DNA from: an uncultured Thermodesulfobacteriota bacterium
GTDB taxonomy: Bacteria; Desulfobacterota; WTBG01; CAIYCZ01; CAIRTM01
Assembly (NCBI GenBank): GCA_964621615.1
Contig: CAZUMW010000009.1
Span: forward strand, 24,802 to 88,801
Length of the DNA stretch: 64,000 nt
Reading direction: 5' to 3'
The notes beneath the pieces are model-generated. The model ran no database searches. It had not been told where the DNA came from and worked only from the letters and a program-made list of their open reading frames with translations. Shown here piece after piece: positions 28,901 through 37,317 of the stretch. Position numbers and translations under genes: made by a program. Within the stretch, counting starts at the first letter, position 1. Each line of letters starts with the position of its first letter.

Positions 28901-29267
28901 CGATACTGAAACAACCGCGCTGAAGGGCGTTATCGCGGAAAGCGGTACGGACCCTGCAGAGCTTGCCCGGCAGATCGCCGGGGAAATAACACAGCAGCTC
29001 ACGAAAGCATACCCGATCCGCGGCAGCGTTGTCGAGCTCGACGGGAATCAGCTGCTGCTCGATATCGGCAGCGCTCTGGGGGTAACGGAGGGCATGGAGT
29101 TTACGGTCCTTGACGAGGTTCGCCCGGAGAGCGGCGGGCGTATGCGGCTGCGCCCTCTGGGAACAGCGCGGATTGCATCTGTTGCTCCTGAATACGCCTA
29201 TGCCGAGCCCTCTGGGAACAGCGGGTCTTTCAAACCGGGATTGAAGGTAAAGCAGCTGGTGCAGTAA
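25968..29267 (+). CDS. Membrane protein: class III adenylate cyclase - CHAT protease - TM - TPR - CsgG-like - FlgT_C-like
   Basis: Cyclase motifs MFTDIKGST, KTIGDAIMA, RIGINTG, DIFGDVVNVAARVE; CHAT motifs PWELL, IVHYAGH, VFCNAC, AFLLAGV..IGTFW; TM VIAAAAAIVACAAALLLA; TPRs; VVERELLEQVLQELKL..LGRILSA. Confidence 0.9.
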   Translation: MAEDREQKQTRGASAEPAGIEQLLADRQKIDEELKAKFSQDVTVMFTDIKGSTSFFESYGDIEGRLMVQKHNDLLFPVVQKFGGRVIKTIGDAIMAAFDSPEAAVRAGIEMQSNLQEHNRGKKDKKDQIHVRIGINTGEGLVEKSDIFGDVVNVAARVESLTEPDEILVSAPVYDQVRSTDDIICRYAQQTRVKGKEEPMDVYRVIWAEEECAAGVTRGAASAAKAARKRAADRRRLEIDISRDGTTIKVSAAEKSRQTQSTIRPYEEMQVSMVDVDQRCSEITQLLNRANTRGKVSKDILNKLRDVGNVLFDMLLTAQTKDALRKARVDDLIFHIEDSLVQIPWELLYDGDQFLCQKFNMGRLVKTRRQIYDIRQRSLSRPLKMLIVSDPRGDLANSSKEGRAIREHLDRHAELISANQRSGQITTSYLMEKIRNFDIVHYAGHADYDHEDPSHSGWLLAGGKFTSADIVKLAGGRPMPALVFCNACQSGQTEEWKLGAQYSREIFGLANAFLLAGVQHYIGTFWEILDEPGAHFAEAFYRSVLDGATIGEAVRQARAELIKQHGEDTIVWASYMLYGDPGMSYCDFDDEQEAEEPHDAQPRVREAAQVRGAPSDVVAFETPQPRASRSKYVIAAAAAIVACAAALLLAGRFFSSGTDPYSAAYAQLQAHKVEDARKAFSGLAEDDPRRYEGLAAVRYELGDYDGSFTLSSRALEIAPHSVYAHVLQGRVLLSRGREADALQHFQAAAGKSGGISWQKAEALNGIARIWSEWGDTQKAMQFYARAAELNPRSPEIVTNRAFAMQKTGNTAGAVSGFKDAAGLNPQDPYASVFLAEALKKQKAEQDSKRRERIDKLVDELAENFDAGGAAAAQQDTWTSRPLTLSFINITGKGAPAQREGADEFFLMQLSALLQGSGRAQVVERELLEQVLQELKLSATDLVNPDTAVRLGRILSARVIATGSIMRYSNQIQVSLRLTDTETTALKGVIAESGTDPAELARQIAGEITQQLTKAYPIRGSVVELDGNQLLLDIGSALGVTEGMEFTVLDEVRPESGGRMRLRPLGTARIASVAPEYAYAEPSGNSGSFKPGLKVKQLVQ

Positions 29268-29525
29268 TGACCGAACGAACATCTCTTTTGTGGAAAAGAA
29301 AGACACCGTAAGGGGTGTGAACCGCTCCTGTGTGGTGATAACGAACGTGATTGGGTCACCGATAACAATAGAAATAAAGAAACAGGAAAACCCGGATAAT
29401 AGGCTGTTTAGTAATTGAGGGCAAAAAAAAAGAGACTGTCACTTATCGGCGGACACGCTTACGCTTTGTCCGCCTTACCTGATATTCACAAACTGATTTC
29501 AGTTATTAAAAAAATTTTTTGAGGG

Positions 29526-31616
29526 GTGACGACGGTGAAAACATACAGAATATTAGCTTTGCTGCTTGCTTCTGCGCTGCTTGTAAGCGCGGTGCCGGGG
29601 TGCAATACACCGCCTGACCCGAAGTACCGGAAGGACGGAACGCAGTACGGGGTCACGGACGGTTTGTTCCGCGACCGGTGGTGGAATTATTACGAGCGGG
29701 GCCTTTCCTTTTCCGACGGGGAATTCTGGAAAGAAGCCGCAGAGGATTTCCGGGAAGCGCTCAGGCAGCGGGACAGCGACCAGCGCCTCGCCCGGACCTA
29801 CGGAATGCACTTTACCGATTATTTTCCGCACCGGGATCTGGGGGTTGCCCTGTATCACCTGGGCCGGTTCGATGAGGCCCGGCGCGAGCTTGAGACATCG
29901 CTTGCCGCTGTAGAAACCGCGAAGGCGAAATTTTATCTGAACCGGGTCAGGAAGGCAATCATCGCCGCAAGCAATGCCGATACCGCCCGCCCCTCGATAG
30001 AGGTTTCCTCCGTTCCCGCCGATGCGGTCAGCAACAGCTTCAGCATGACGCTCGAGGGTGAAGTGGCCGATGACACATATGCAGAAAAAGTTGCGGTCAA
30101 CGAAGATCCCGTTTTTGTTGAGCTGTCTGCAAAGCGGATTCCCTTTAGCAAGAAGATCAGGCTCAAAAAAGGGCTCAATGAAATAAAAATTAAATCCACG
30201 GACCTCATGGGCAAGAAATCCGAAAAAACGGTCACTGTCTACGGCGACTATCAGGGGCCCCTTGTCAATGTCAGCAATTACGCCGACGGGCAGAAGACCG
30301 CACAGGGAAGGGTCGTCCTGCACGGATCGCTTGCAGACGCAACCGGCATCACTACCTTTAAAATCAACGAGCAGGTCCTTGCCTATAACAAAGAGCGGGA
30401 AGTGGACTTCACGTTTGCGGTGAACCTCGAGCAGGGCTCAAATGAAATCATGCTTGCGGCGACGGATACAGCGGGCAACACAACGCGCGGAACGCTCAAT
30501 CTGGTTTATGTGCCGCGCCTTGCAGAAGAGCCGGCTCCTGAGAAACCATTGTATGCAGGCGAGCCGATCCGGGTGGCCCTTCAGGGCTCGGGCGTGCTCG
30601 ACACAGGTCAGCACCGGCTGTATGCCGCAGCGCGGCCGGGGGGGGCGGCAGGCTCCTTCAGGCTGAATCTGAAAGACCTGGCGGAGACGCAGACCGTCTA
30701 TTACAAAACAATGTATATTGACGGCAGCGTTACCGGGCGCCATCCGGTTGAATCGGTTTCGGTTAACGGCGATCCGCTGATGATCATTCCGGGTAAAACA
30801 ATTTATTTTAACGAGCTTGTCGAGCTCGATGAGGGTGAAAACACGCTGAGGATAACCGTTGAAGATGCGCAGGGGAACACCGAATCCCGGACCGTCACGA
30901 TCGTCAGGCGGGTTCCCTCTGTTCATCAGGTCGACTCGCGTATGAGCATTGCCATTCTGCCGTTTGAGAAAAAGGGTGAAATCACCCCGGCCTCGGATAT
31001 TATCTATGATAATCTTATCAGCTCCTTTTTTGACCAGAACCGCTTTCATATCGTCAGCCGCGGCGAAGAGCTGGAATCAGCCCTCAGAGAGCAGAAGCTG
31101 AGCCGGACCGATCTCGTGGACAAGAGCGCCGCCGTGGAGCTGGGCAGGCTGGTCGCCGCCGAGGCGGTGCTGATGGGCTCCATTCGCGAAACCGCGGATG
31201 CCGTGGAAATCTATGCCCGGATGGTCAACACGGAAACGTCATCGCTGCTTGAGGTGAAGGACGTGTACGGTCAGGACAAATCCCTGGCAAGCCTGCAGTA
31301 TCTGACAAACGGCCTTGCGCTGAAGTTTGTGCACAGCTTTCCGCTGGTCGAGGGTATGGTGCTCAAGGTCGACGGCGACACGATATATGCTGACTTCGGT
31401 ACCGATCAGCAGATTAAAAAGGAAATGAAATTTATCGTGTTCCGGGAGGGGGAGAAAATAATTCACCCCGTAACCGGCCGGGTGCTCGGCAGCAACACCG
31501 AAGAGCTCGGCGTTGCGCGAGTGGTGAATGTGTTTGAGGATATGTCGCTCGGCAAGCTGGTTGCTGATATTGATCACGGGCTTATTAAACAAAAGGACCT
31601 CATTATTACAAAATAG
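29526..31616 (+). CDS. Lipoprotein: TPR - Ig-like repeats - CsgG-like - FlgT_C-like
   Basis: Lipobox VPGC; TPR (YFPHRDLGVALYHLG); Ig repeats with GLNEIKI / GSNEIML / GENTLRI; SIAILPFE..EQKLSRTDLVD..LGRLVAA; EGMVLKVDGD. Confidence 0.85.
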   Translation: MTTVKTYRILALLLASALLVSAVPGCNTPPDPKYRKDGTQYGVTDGLFRDRWWNYYERGLSFSDGEFWKEAAEDFREALRQRDSDQRLARTYGMHFTDYFPHRDLGVALYHLGRFDEARRELETSLAAVETAKAKFYLNRVRKAIIAASNADTARPSIEVSSVPADAVSNSFSMTLEGEVADDTYAEKVAVNEDPVFVELSAKRIPFSKKIRLKKGLNEIKIKSTDLMGKKSEKTVTVYGDYQGPLVNVSNYADGQKTAQGRVVLHGSLADATGITTFKINEQVLAYNKEREVDFTFAVNLEQGSNEIMLAATDTAGNTTRGTLNLVYVPRLAEEPAPEKPLYAGEPIRVALQGSGVLDTGQHRLYAAARPGGAAGSFRLNLKDLAETQTVYYKTMYIDGSVTGRHPVESVSVNGDPLMIIPGKTIYFNELVELDEGENTLRITVEDAQGNTESRTVTIVRRVPSVHQVDSRMSIAILPFEKKGEITPASDIIYDNLISSFFDQNRFHIVSRGEELESALREQKLSRTDLVDKSAAVELGRLVAAEAVLMGSIRETADAVEIYARMVNTETSSLLEVKDVYGQDKSLASLQYLTNGLALKFVHSFPLVEGMVLKVDGDTIYADFGTDQQIKKEMKFIVFREGEKIIHPVTGRVLGSNTEELGVARVVNVFEDMSLGKLVADIDHGLIKQKDLIITK

Positions 31617-31640
31617 CGGCTGTTTCAAGCGCGCCTTTAA

Positions 31641-31670
31641 AAAACCCGCCCGCGTACGGGCGGGTTTTTT
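31641..31670. terminator. Bidirectional Rho-independent terminator
   Basis: AAAACCCGCCCG-CGTA-CGGGCGGGTTTTTT. Confidence 0.88.
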
Positions 31671-31734
31671 TCTGTAAATCCTGCATGCCCTTTTGTGTCC
31701 CGCTCCCGGCTTTAAACTCCTGTTAAACTTCAGC

Positions 31735-31764
31735 TTGACACATACTGCATTAGCTACTAATAAT
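31735..31764 (+). promoter_or_regulatory. Sigma70-type promoter for the FadL-like gene
   Basis: TTGACA-N18-AATAAT (or N17-TAATAA). Confidence 0.55.
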
Positions 31765-31811
31765 GGTAAAAATTCCTCACTTTTTACTATTGATACGGCC
31801 CGGGGGCTCCA

Positions 31812-33191
31812 ATGAAAAAATGGTATATCCTTTTTGCCGCATCGGCAATATGTATGTGCCTGATTTCGTCTGCAGCGGCACAGACTCAGGTTGCCGGCTT
31901 CACCATACCGCGCATTAAAGTCGCTTCCTCTCCCAATCCTGTCGGCTCCGGGGCGCGGGCACAGGGAATGGGCGGAGCGTTTATCGCCGTCGCAGATGAT
32001 GCCACAGCGGCTTCCTGGAACCCCGGGGGGCTTATTCAGCTGGAGCGGCCGGAGGTTTCATTTGTGGTGAACATGACCCACCGCAGGAAAGACCTGCATT
32101 TTTCCGAGCACCCCGGCTCGCCCGATACCCATGAAATATATCGAGAGGATTTGAATTATTTCAGCGTTGCATTTCCGTTCCGCGCATTTGATAAAAACAT
32201 GATCGTATCGCTCAACTATCAGCGCCTGTATGATTTCTACGACGATATGGAGTTTGATTTTGAGTATAACACCCTGTCGCCCGGCTCGTTTTTCCACAGC
32301 CGGATACAGACCGACTATCGCCAGCGCGGCGGGCTCAAGGCAGTGTCGCCCGCCTTTGCCATACAGCTCACCCCGCGGTTTTCCGTCGGTATTACCTTCA
32401 ACATCTGGACTGACAACCTCGGCTTTGATAACGAGTGGAAAAATGTCTATGAATACCGCGTGACCGGCTCCGCGTTTCTCCATGCAAATCAATCGCTGAT
32501 TAAATTCCGGGGCAGATCCGTTGACTGGCAGGAGAATGAAAATTTTGAAGGCTTTAACATGAACATCGGCTTTCTCTGGGATATAAACAGCAAAGTAACC
32601 ATCGGCGGAGTGCTCAAAACCCCGTTTACCGCCGACATCGACAGAACCACCTACCGGTCAACCTATCAGGCATACGGGACGACACCGCCGCTGCGGGTTA
32701 TCCCGCAGGTGAGCAAAGAAAGCATACAGATGCACTTTCCGCTGTCGTTCGGGATCGGCATAGCGCTTCGCCTTTCAGACAGGCTCACCCTGTCCGGGGA
32801 TGTCTATTATACGGACTGGTCTGATTTCTGGATACGATCGGGCGGCGTAAAAATAACCCCCATAACCAGCGGCCGCCGCAGCGACGCTCATGTGCACGAT
32901 ACGACGCAGGTGCGCCTTGGCTGCGAGTATCTGTTTATCCTTGAAAAAACAATTGTTCCGCTCAGGTTCGGCGCCTTTTATGACCCGCAGCCCACGCGGA
33001 AAAACCCCGATGATTATTTCGGCATTACGGCCGGTACGGGAGTGATGTTGGGCCCGCTGGTTATCGATTGCTGCTACATTTACCGGTGGGGCGACGATGT
33101 TATGGGCGATTCCATTCAGCTTTCCGGCGGCAGCGTTGAAGCTGATGCGGATCAGCACCGGTTTCTGCTGTCGGTTATATATCATTTTTAG
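31812..33191 (+). CDS. FadL/OmpP1/TodX-family outer-membrane beta-barrel
   Basis: Signal peptide; hatch motif GSGARAQGMGGAFIAVADDATAASWNPGGL; amphipathic strands; terminal aromatic residue (YHF). Confidence 0.87.
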   Translation: MKKWYILFAASAICMCLISSAAAQTQVAGFTIPRIKVASSPNPVGSGARAQGMGGAFIAVADDATAASWNPGGLIQLERPEVSFVVNMTHRRKDLHFSEHPGSPDTHEIYREDLNYFSVAFPFRAFDKNMIVSLNYQRLYDFYDDMEFDFEYNTLSPGSFFHSRIQTDYRQRGGLKAVSPAFAIQLTPRFSVGITFNIWTDNLGFDNEWKNVYEYRVTGSAFLHANQSLIKFRGRSVDWQENENFEGFNMNIGFLWDINSKVTIGGVLKTPFTADIDRTTYRSTYQAYGTTPPLRVIPQVSKESIQMHFPLSFGIGIALRLSDRLTLSGDVYYTDWSDFWIRSGGVKITPITSGRRSDAHVHDTTQVRLGCEYLFILEKTIVPLRFGAFYDPQPTRKNPDDYFGITAGTGVMLGPLVIDCCYIYRWGDDVMGDSIQLSGGSVEADADQHRFLLSVIYHF

Positions 33192-33290
33192 CTGACGGTT
33201 CTTTATTGAAAAATCTGTTGCGATCATAATAGCCGAGTTCAGGCCCGGACAACCACGGACCGGGAAACCAGCTGGCTGCCACGCTCACCT

Positions 33291-33938
33291 ATGATGCCTG
33301 AAAACGAGCCCACATTACCTGTCCGGTTTCAAAGCGAAATACAGGCGTTTGTGCAAAGGGATGCGCATTCACCGCCGCCCCGCGGAGCCGTGCTGTTCGT
33401 GGGCAGCAGCATAGTGCGCTTCTGGGACTCGCTCGCCGCCGATATGTCTCCGCTTCCGGTAATAAACCGCGGATTCGGCGGTGCCTGCACCTGGGAGGTG
33501 CTGCACTATATGGACAAAATTGTCACCCCCTGCGATCCGCGCATTATCGCCTACTACTGCGGAAGCAATGATATCGGATTTGATGCCACAGCAGCTGATA
33601 TTTACCGGCGCTTTCACCTGTTTGTTCAGCGGTGCCGTGAGAGAACCGCCTGCTGCGGTATTTATTTTATATCAATTATCGCAGCTCCTCAGAAGCGCCA
33701 TCGATGGGGTGAGGTTGCAGCAGCAAACAGCATGGTCGAGCGCTATGCAGCGCATGCGCCCGTGGTCGGCTTTATCGATGTGAACCCGGCGCTGTGCAGC
33801 GGCGCTTCCGGGCCGCGCGCGGACCTTTTTGCCCCGGACGGGCTTCATCTGACACCGGCAGCTTACCGGAAGCTTTCTGCGGTGATCAAACCTGTTATCG
33901 AGAACAGGTGGAATGCGATATGCCGAAGCGGCTCATGA
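33291..33938 (+). CDS. SGNH/GDSL hydrolase
   Basis: FVGSS, INRGFGG, YCGSND and DGLH blocks. Confidence 0.9.
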   Translation: MMPENEPTLPVRFQSEIQAFVQRDAHSPPPRGAVLFVGSSIVRFWDSLAADMSPLPVINRGFGGACTWEVLHYMDKIVTPCDPRIIAYYCGSNDIGFDATAADIYRRFHLFVQRCRERTACCGIYFISIIAAPQKRHRWGEVAAANSMVERYAAHAPVVGFIDVNPALCSGASGPRADLFAPDGLHLTPAAYRKLSAVIKPVIENRWNAICRSGS

Positions 33939-34870
33939 TTATTATTGGAGGGGCCTGTCAGGCGGTGCCGCCTGTCTGCGGGCTGCAGCGGATGCGCTTA
34001 TTTGTTCTGCTGGCAGGCGGTGCTGCGGTGTGTTTCCTGTGCGGGTGCGCCGCGCAGAGCCGCCTTTTTGTGCTTACCGGCATGGAGCGATCATTTCCCG
34101 CGGAAACGATTGTGCGCACCGAAGACGGCACAGCGGTGTCCTTTGAAATCATGATCGACGATTTACAAACCGCCGGGGTGCTGTATATCGGCGAGCAGCA
34201 TGTAAATCCTTACCACCACCGGGCTCAGCGGCAGATCATGGAAGCGCTGGCCCGGACGCGCCGCGTTATTGTCGGTATGGAAATGTTTGCCGCTCCCTAT
34301 CAGCATGTGCTTGATGAGTGGTCGCAGGGAGCGCTGGACCGGCAATCATTTATTGAAAAAACCCACTGGTATGCAAACTGGAAATACGATTTTGATTTAT
34401 ATGCCGGCATACTCGAGACCATCAGCGAACATCATATTCCGCTTGTCGGCCTGAATGTGCCGTTTGACATTCCCGCCAAGGTAGCGGTCGGCGGCCTGTC
34501 GAACCTGCTCGATGCCGATCGCGTTCATCTGCCGGATGTTATCGATGTATCGCAGCAGCTCCACCGCGCCTACGTTAAAAAGGTTTTTGAGCGCCATCAC
34601 ATGAGGGGGCGCGACAACTTCGAGTATTTTTATCAGGCCCAGTGCGTGTGGGAGGAGGCGATGGCGGAGAGGGTTGCATCATGCCTTAACGGCGATGAAA
34701 TAATTATCGTGCTTGCCGGCAACGGTCACATCATCAAGGGGTTCGGCATACCCGACCGCGTGCGCCGGCGCCGCGCGGTGTCCAGCAGGACGGTGTATTT
34801 GACCACCCCGGGCCAGGAGGCGGAACGCGATTATGCCGATTATATCTGGATAACGCAGAAAGCACATTGA
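33920..34870 (+). CDS. ChaN-family (DUF399) lipoprotein
   Basis: Lipobox LCGC; LYIGEQHVNPYHH, GMEMF, QCVWEEAMA, LAGNGH. Start uncertain. Confidence 0.85.
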   Translation: MPKRLMIIIGGACQAVPPVCGLQRMRLFVLLAGGAAVCFLCGCAAQSRLFVLTGMERSFPAETIVRTEDGTAVSFEIMIDDLQTAGVLYIGEQHVNPYHHRAQRQIMEALARTRRVIVGMEMFAAPYQHVLDEWSQGALDRQSFIEKTHWYANWKYDFDLYAGILETISEHHIPLVGLNVPFDIPAKVAVGGLSNLLDADRVHLPDVIDVSQQLHRAYVKKVFERHHMRGRDNFEYFYQAQCVWEEAMAERVASCLNGDEIIIVLAGNGHIIKGFGIPDRVRRRRAVSSRTVYLTTPGQEAERDYADYIWITQKAH

Positions 34871-34909
34871 GGAGCCATATTTTGATGGCCCTAAAAAGGT
34901 CCGTTTGGT

Positions 34910-35138
34910 GTCATTGCGAGCAATTGACCCCGGCGCTTCGCATCGGTGTTGTTGATGTAAAGAACATGGATGGTTTTGCCCGCCAGTGTCTTTTCGTTGT
35001 CGCTGTCGTTGTCGTAATCTAAAGGAGCGTGAACAGCGAGGTATGCACGATTACGACAACGACAACGAGAGCTTTTTTCCACCCAAGGAATATCAATGAG
35101 TTACATCATTTTCCTTAGGGGCGAAGCGAAGCAATCTC
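34910..35138. repeat. Fragments of a TCATTGCGAG..GAAGCAATC REP-like family
   Basis: GTCATTGCGAG at 34910 and TCATT..GCGAAGCGAAGCAATCTC at 35106-35138. Confidence 0.45.
34994..35068. repeat. Palindromic element built from (GACAAC)n units, copy 1
   Basis: TCGCTGTCGTTGTCGTAATC (35000-35019) and GATTACGACAACGACAACGA (35049-35068) form a 19/20 inverted repeat with a 29-nt loop. Confidence 0.8.
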
Positions 35139-35186
35139 TTCTGTTGTAATTCAGATTTGTCAATCCCATGAAAACAGGAATCCAGT

Positions 35187-36410
35187 ATGAACACCAATGC
35201 TGACCGAATAAGCCCGCGCGAGCGGCGGGTGCTGCTGGCGACCTGCTTTACACACTTCATGAGCCATGTAAATGTGCTTGCCTTTCCTGCGCTTGTCCTG
35301 CCGCTTTCCCGAAGCCTGGATATGGAGATTAGCGGTGTGATGGATCTTTCTTTTTTGATGTACCTGCTGTACGGGCTTTCGGCGATTATGTGGGGTGCTG
35401 CGGCAGACCGGTGGAGCGCCTCTTCGCTGCTTCGCCTGTTCCCGGCCGGCTGTGCGCTGAGCTGCTTTGCTGCGGCATGGGCGATCGGCTCGCCCCGCCA
35501 GCTGAGCATCTGCCTTGCAGCGCTGGGCTTTTTTTCCGGCATCTATCATCCGGTGGGGCTGGGATACATTTCTCAAACCATTCGCCGCGTAAGCCGGGGG
35601 TTTGCCTGGAACGGTATTTTCGGCAATCTCGGCGTTGCGCTTGCCCCGCTTGCAGCCGGTGCGCTGGTATGGCTGCACGGCCCCGCGGCCTGCTATGTTT
35701 TCCTTGGTTCGGTCAACCTGCTGGGGCTCTTTTTCGTGCGCGGCCTTCGTGATCCCGGTACCGGTATGCACGAAGACGAACCGGTGCCGGCGCCGTCTTC
35801 CGGGCATTTGAAGGGATTCGTTATTCTGCTGGGGATTATGATGCTGGGCGGTATCGTGTACCGGGGGGCGACGCTTGTGCTGCCCGCCTTTGTCGAGCTG
35901 AGAAGCATGTCCGCCGTTCGATCCCTTTTTTCATTTGACGGGACGGCCGAGTCCGTAACCTTTATCGCCACGGTCATTGCCTCAGTGATTTATCTGTTCG
36001 GGATTCTCGGCCAGTATTCCGGCGGGCGCGTTGCCGAGCGCTATGATCTCAGGTACTGCTATCTGTGCTTTCATCTCGTGCCCGCCTGTGCAGCTTTCTG
36101 CATCTCGGCTGCATATGGGTTCCCGCTTGTGGGCTGCGCGGCTGTGTACTTTTTCTTTCTTCTGGGGATGCAGCCTATTGAGAACACGCTGGTTGCCCGG
36201 CTTGCATCCGATGCTTTTCGGCACTCAGCCTATGGGGCAAAATTTGTGCTGACATTCGGCGTCGGCTCCCTGTCCGTGAAAATGATTTCAGTCATAGAGC
36301 ACCGCTATGGTATGGCGCCCGTGTTTGTAATGCTCGGCGCGGTTTCCTGCCTGCTTGTCATGGGAATCCTGCTTTTGATTTCACGGACCCGCCCTCAGAT
36401 GTCGTCCTGA
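35187..36410 (+). CDS. MFS transporter
   Basis: About 12 TM segments; GAAADRWS, SGIYHPVG, GGRVAERY. Confidence 0.92.
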   Translation: MNTNADRISPRERRVLLATCFTHFMSHVNVLAFPALVLPLSRSLDMEISGVMDLSFLMYLLYGLSAIMWGAAADRWSASSLLRLFPAGCALSCFAAAWAIGSPRQLSICLAALGFFSGIYHPVGLGYISQTIRRVSRGFAWNGIFGNLGVALAPLAAGALVWLHGPAACYVFLGSVNLLGLFFVRGLRDPGTGMHEDEPVPAPSSGHLKGFVILLGIMMLGGIVYRGATLVLPAFVELRSMSAVRSLFSFDGTAESVTFIATVIASVIYLFGILGQYSGGRVAERYDLRYCYLCFHLVPACAAFCISAAYGFPLVGCAAVYFFFLLGMQPIENTLVARLASDAFRHSAYGAKFVLTFGVGSLSVKMISVIEHRYGMAPVFVMLGAVSCLLVMGILLLISRTRPQMSS

Positions 36411-36504
36411 TTTCCCGAACGCCTCTGAAGAAAGTTGGAAAAAATATTTTTTACATTTGAATTGATATCAAACGTGTCCACAATACATTAAAGCAATAAA
36501 CAAC

Positions 36505-36546
36505 AGCCGGTTGCGGGGGCTTTGCAGAGCCCCGCCCGAACCGGCT
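36505..36546. other. GC-rich imperfect hairpin in an AT-rich spacer
   Basis: AGCCGGTT-GCGGGGGCT..AGCCCCGC-CCG-AACCGGCT. Confidence 0.5.
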
Positions 36547-36696
36547 TCGTTACATTATTTTGGACACCGGTGAATTGATATAGATTGTTTGTTGCCTATG
36601 CAATGATAATATTGAAATTTTTTATTTTTTATATTATTGGTGTTAATTGATAAACAATCGTGAAAAACGTTCGTATTTTTCAGACTGATATGTCGT

Positions 36697-37278
36697 ATGA
36701 ATTTATCTGTACGGATCTCCAGTGCAAATGATGTGCCCTGCATAATTAAAGATTATGGTCATTTAAATATTCTTTTCAGGATGACCTACGGCAGGTATGT
36801 GCTTAAACGGGAATATTATGCCTACAAAAAACTTTCAGGGCTTGAAGGTATAACAGAGTGTCTTGGTTTCAAACGGCCCGGTGCGCTTGCCTTCAAACCC
36901 ATTCCCGGAAAAACGCTCAGCCGTTTTAAACGGGGTGAGGTGGCGCCCGTTGTATTTGAACGGCTTGAATCACTGCTTGCGAATATCCATTCCAGGGGTG
37001 TTGCTCACGGTGATATTCACCGGTCAAATATAATGATTGCCGAGAACGGCAGGGTCTATATTATCGACTTTGCCTCTGCGGTTACTTCCGGTGACCCGGA
37101 GAATCCACATTTTTTATTCACGATTTTCAGGATGCTCGATATAAATGCCCTGAAACGTATAAAATCACGATATCTTATGCAGCATTGCCCGAAGCCGGAG
37201 GGGTTCATTGGCAAGTGTTACCGTATTGCACGGCGAATCAAATCAAAAACAAAAAAAATAAAGCGGCTTTTATTCTGA
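36697..37278 (+). CDS. Small protein-kinase-fold enzyme (RIO1/Kdo/LPS-kinase-like)
   Basis: IIKDY, RE..AY..L, HSRGVAHGDIHRSNIMI..YIIDFA; AT-rich. Confidence 0.8.
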   Translation: MNLSVRISSANDVPCIIKDYGHLNILFRMTYGRYVLKREYYAYKKLSGLEGITECLGFKRPGALAFKPIPGKTLSRFKRGEVAPVVFERLESLLANIHSRGVAHGDIHRSNIMIAENGRVYIIDFASAVTSGDPENPHFLFTIFRMLDINALKRIKSRYLMQHCPKPEGFIGKCYRIARRIKSKTKKIKRLLF

Positions 37279-37317
37279 ATTTCATAGTTTGGATATTTTT
37301 CCTCAGGAGGCTATGGG

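Noticed and set aside
24580-29267. Type III-E CRISPR (Craspase) or other CRISPR-linked protease locus
   Set aside because: No repeat-spacer array, cas gene, SAVED or CARF domain in the window; the CHAT protein is membrane-anchored with periplasmic domains.
28095-29306. 403-aa minus-strand ORF
   Set aside because: Antisense shadow of the cyclase-CHAT gene with no recognisable motifs; expected in GC-rich DNA.
29448-29474. GGCGGACA-N11-TGTCCGCC inverted repeat as a terminator
   Set aside because: No U-tract on either strand; it could be an operator or processing site, but nothing else supports that.
34891-35082. 63-aa ORF containing DYDNDSDNE
   Set aside because: A translation of the GACAAC repeat, not a gene.
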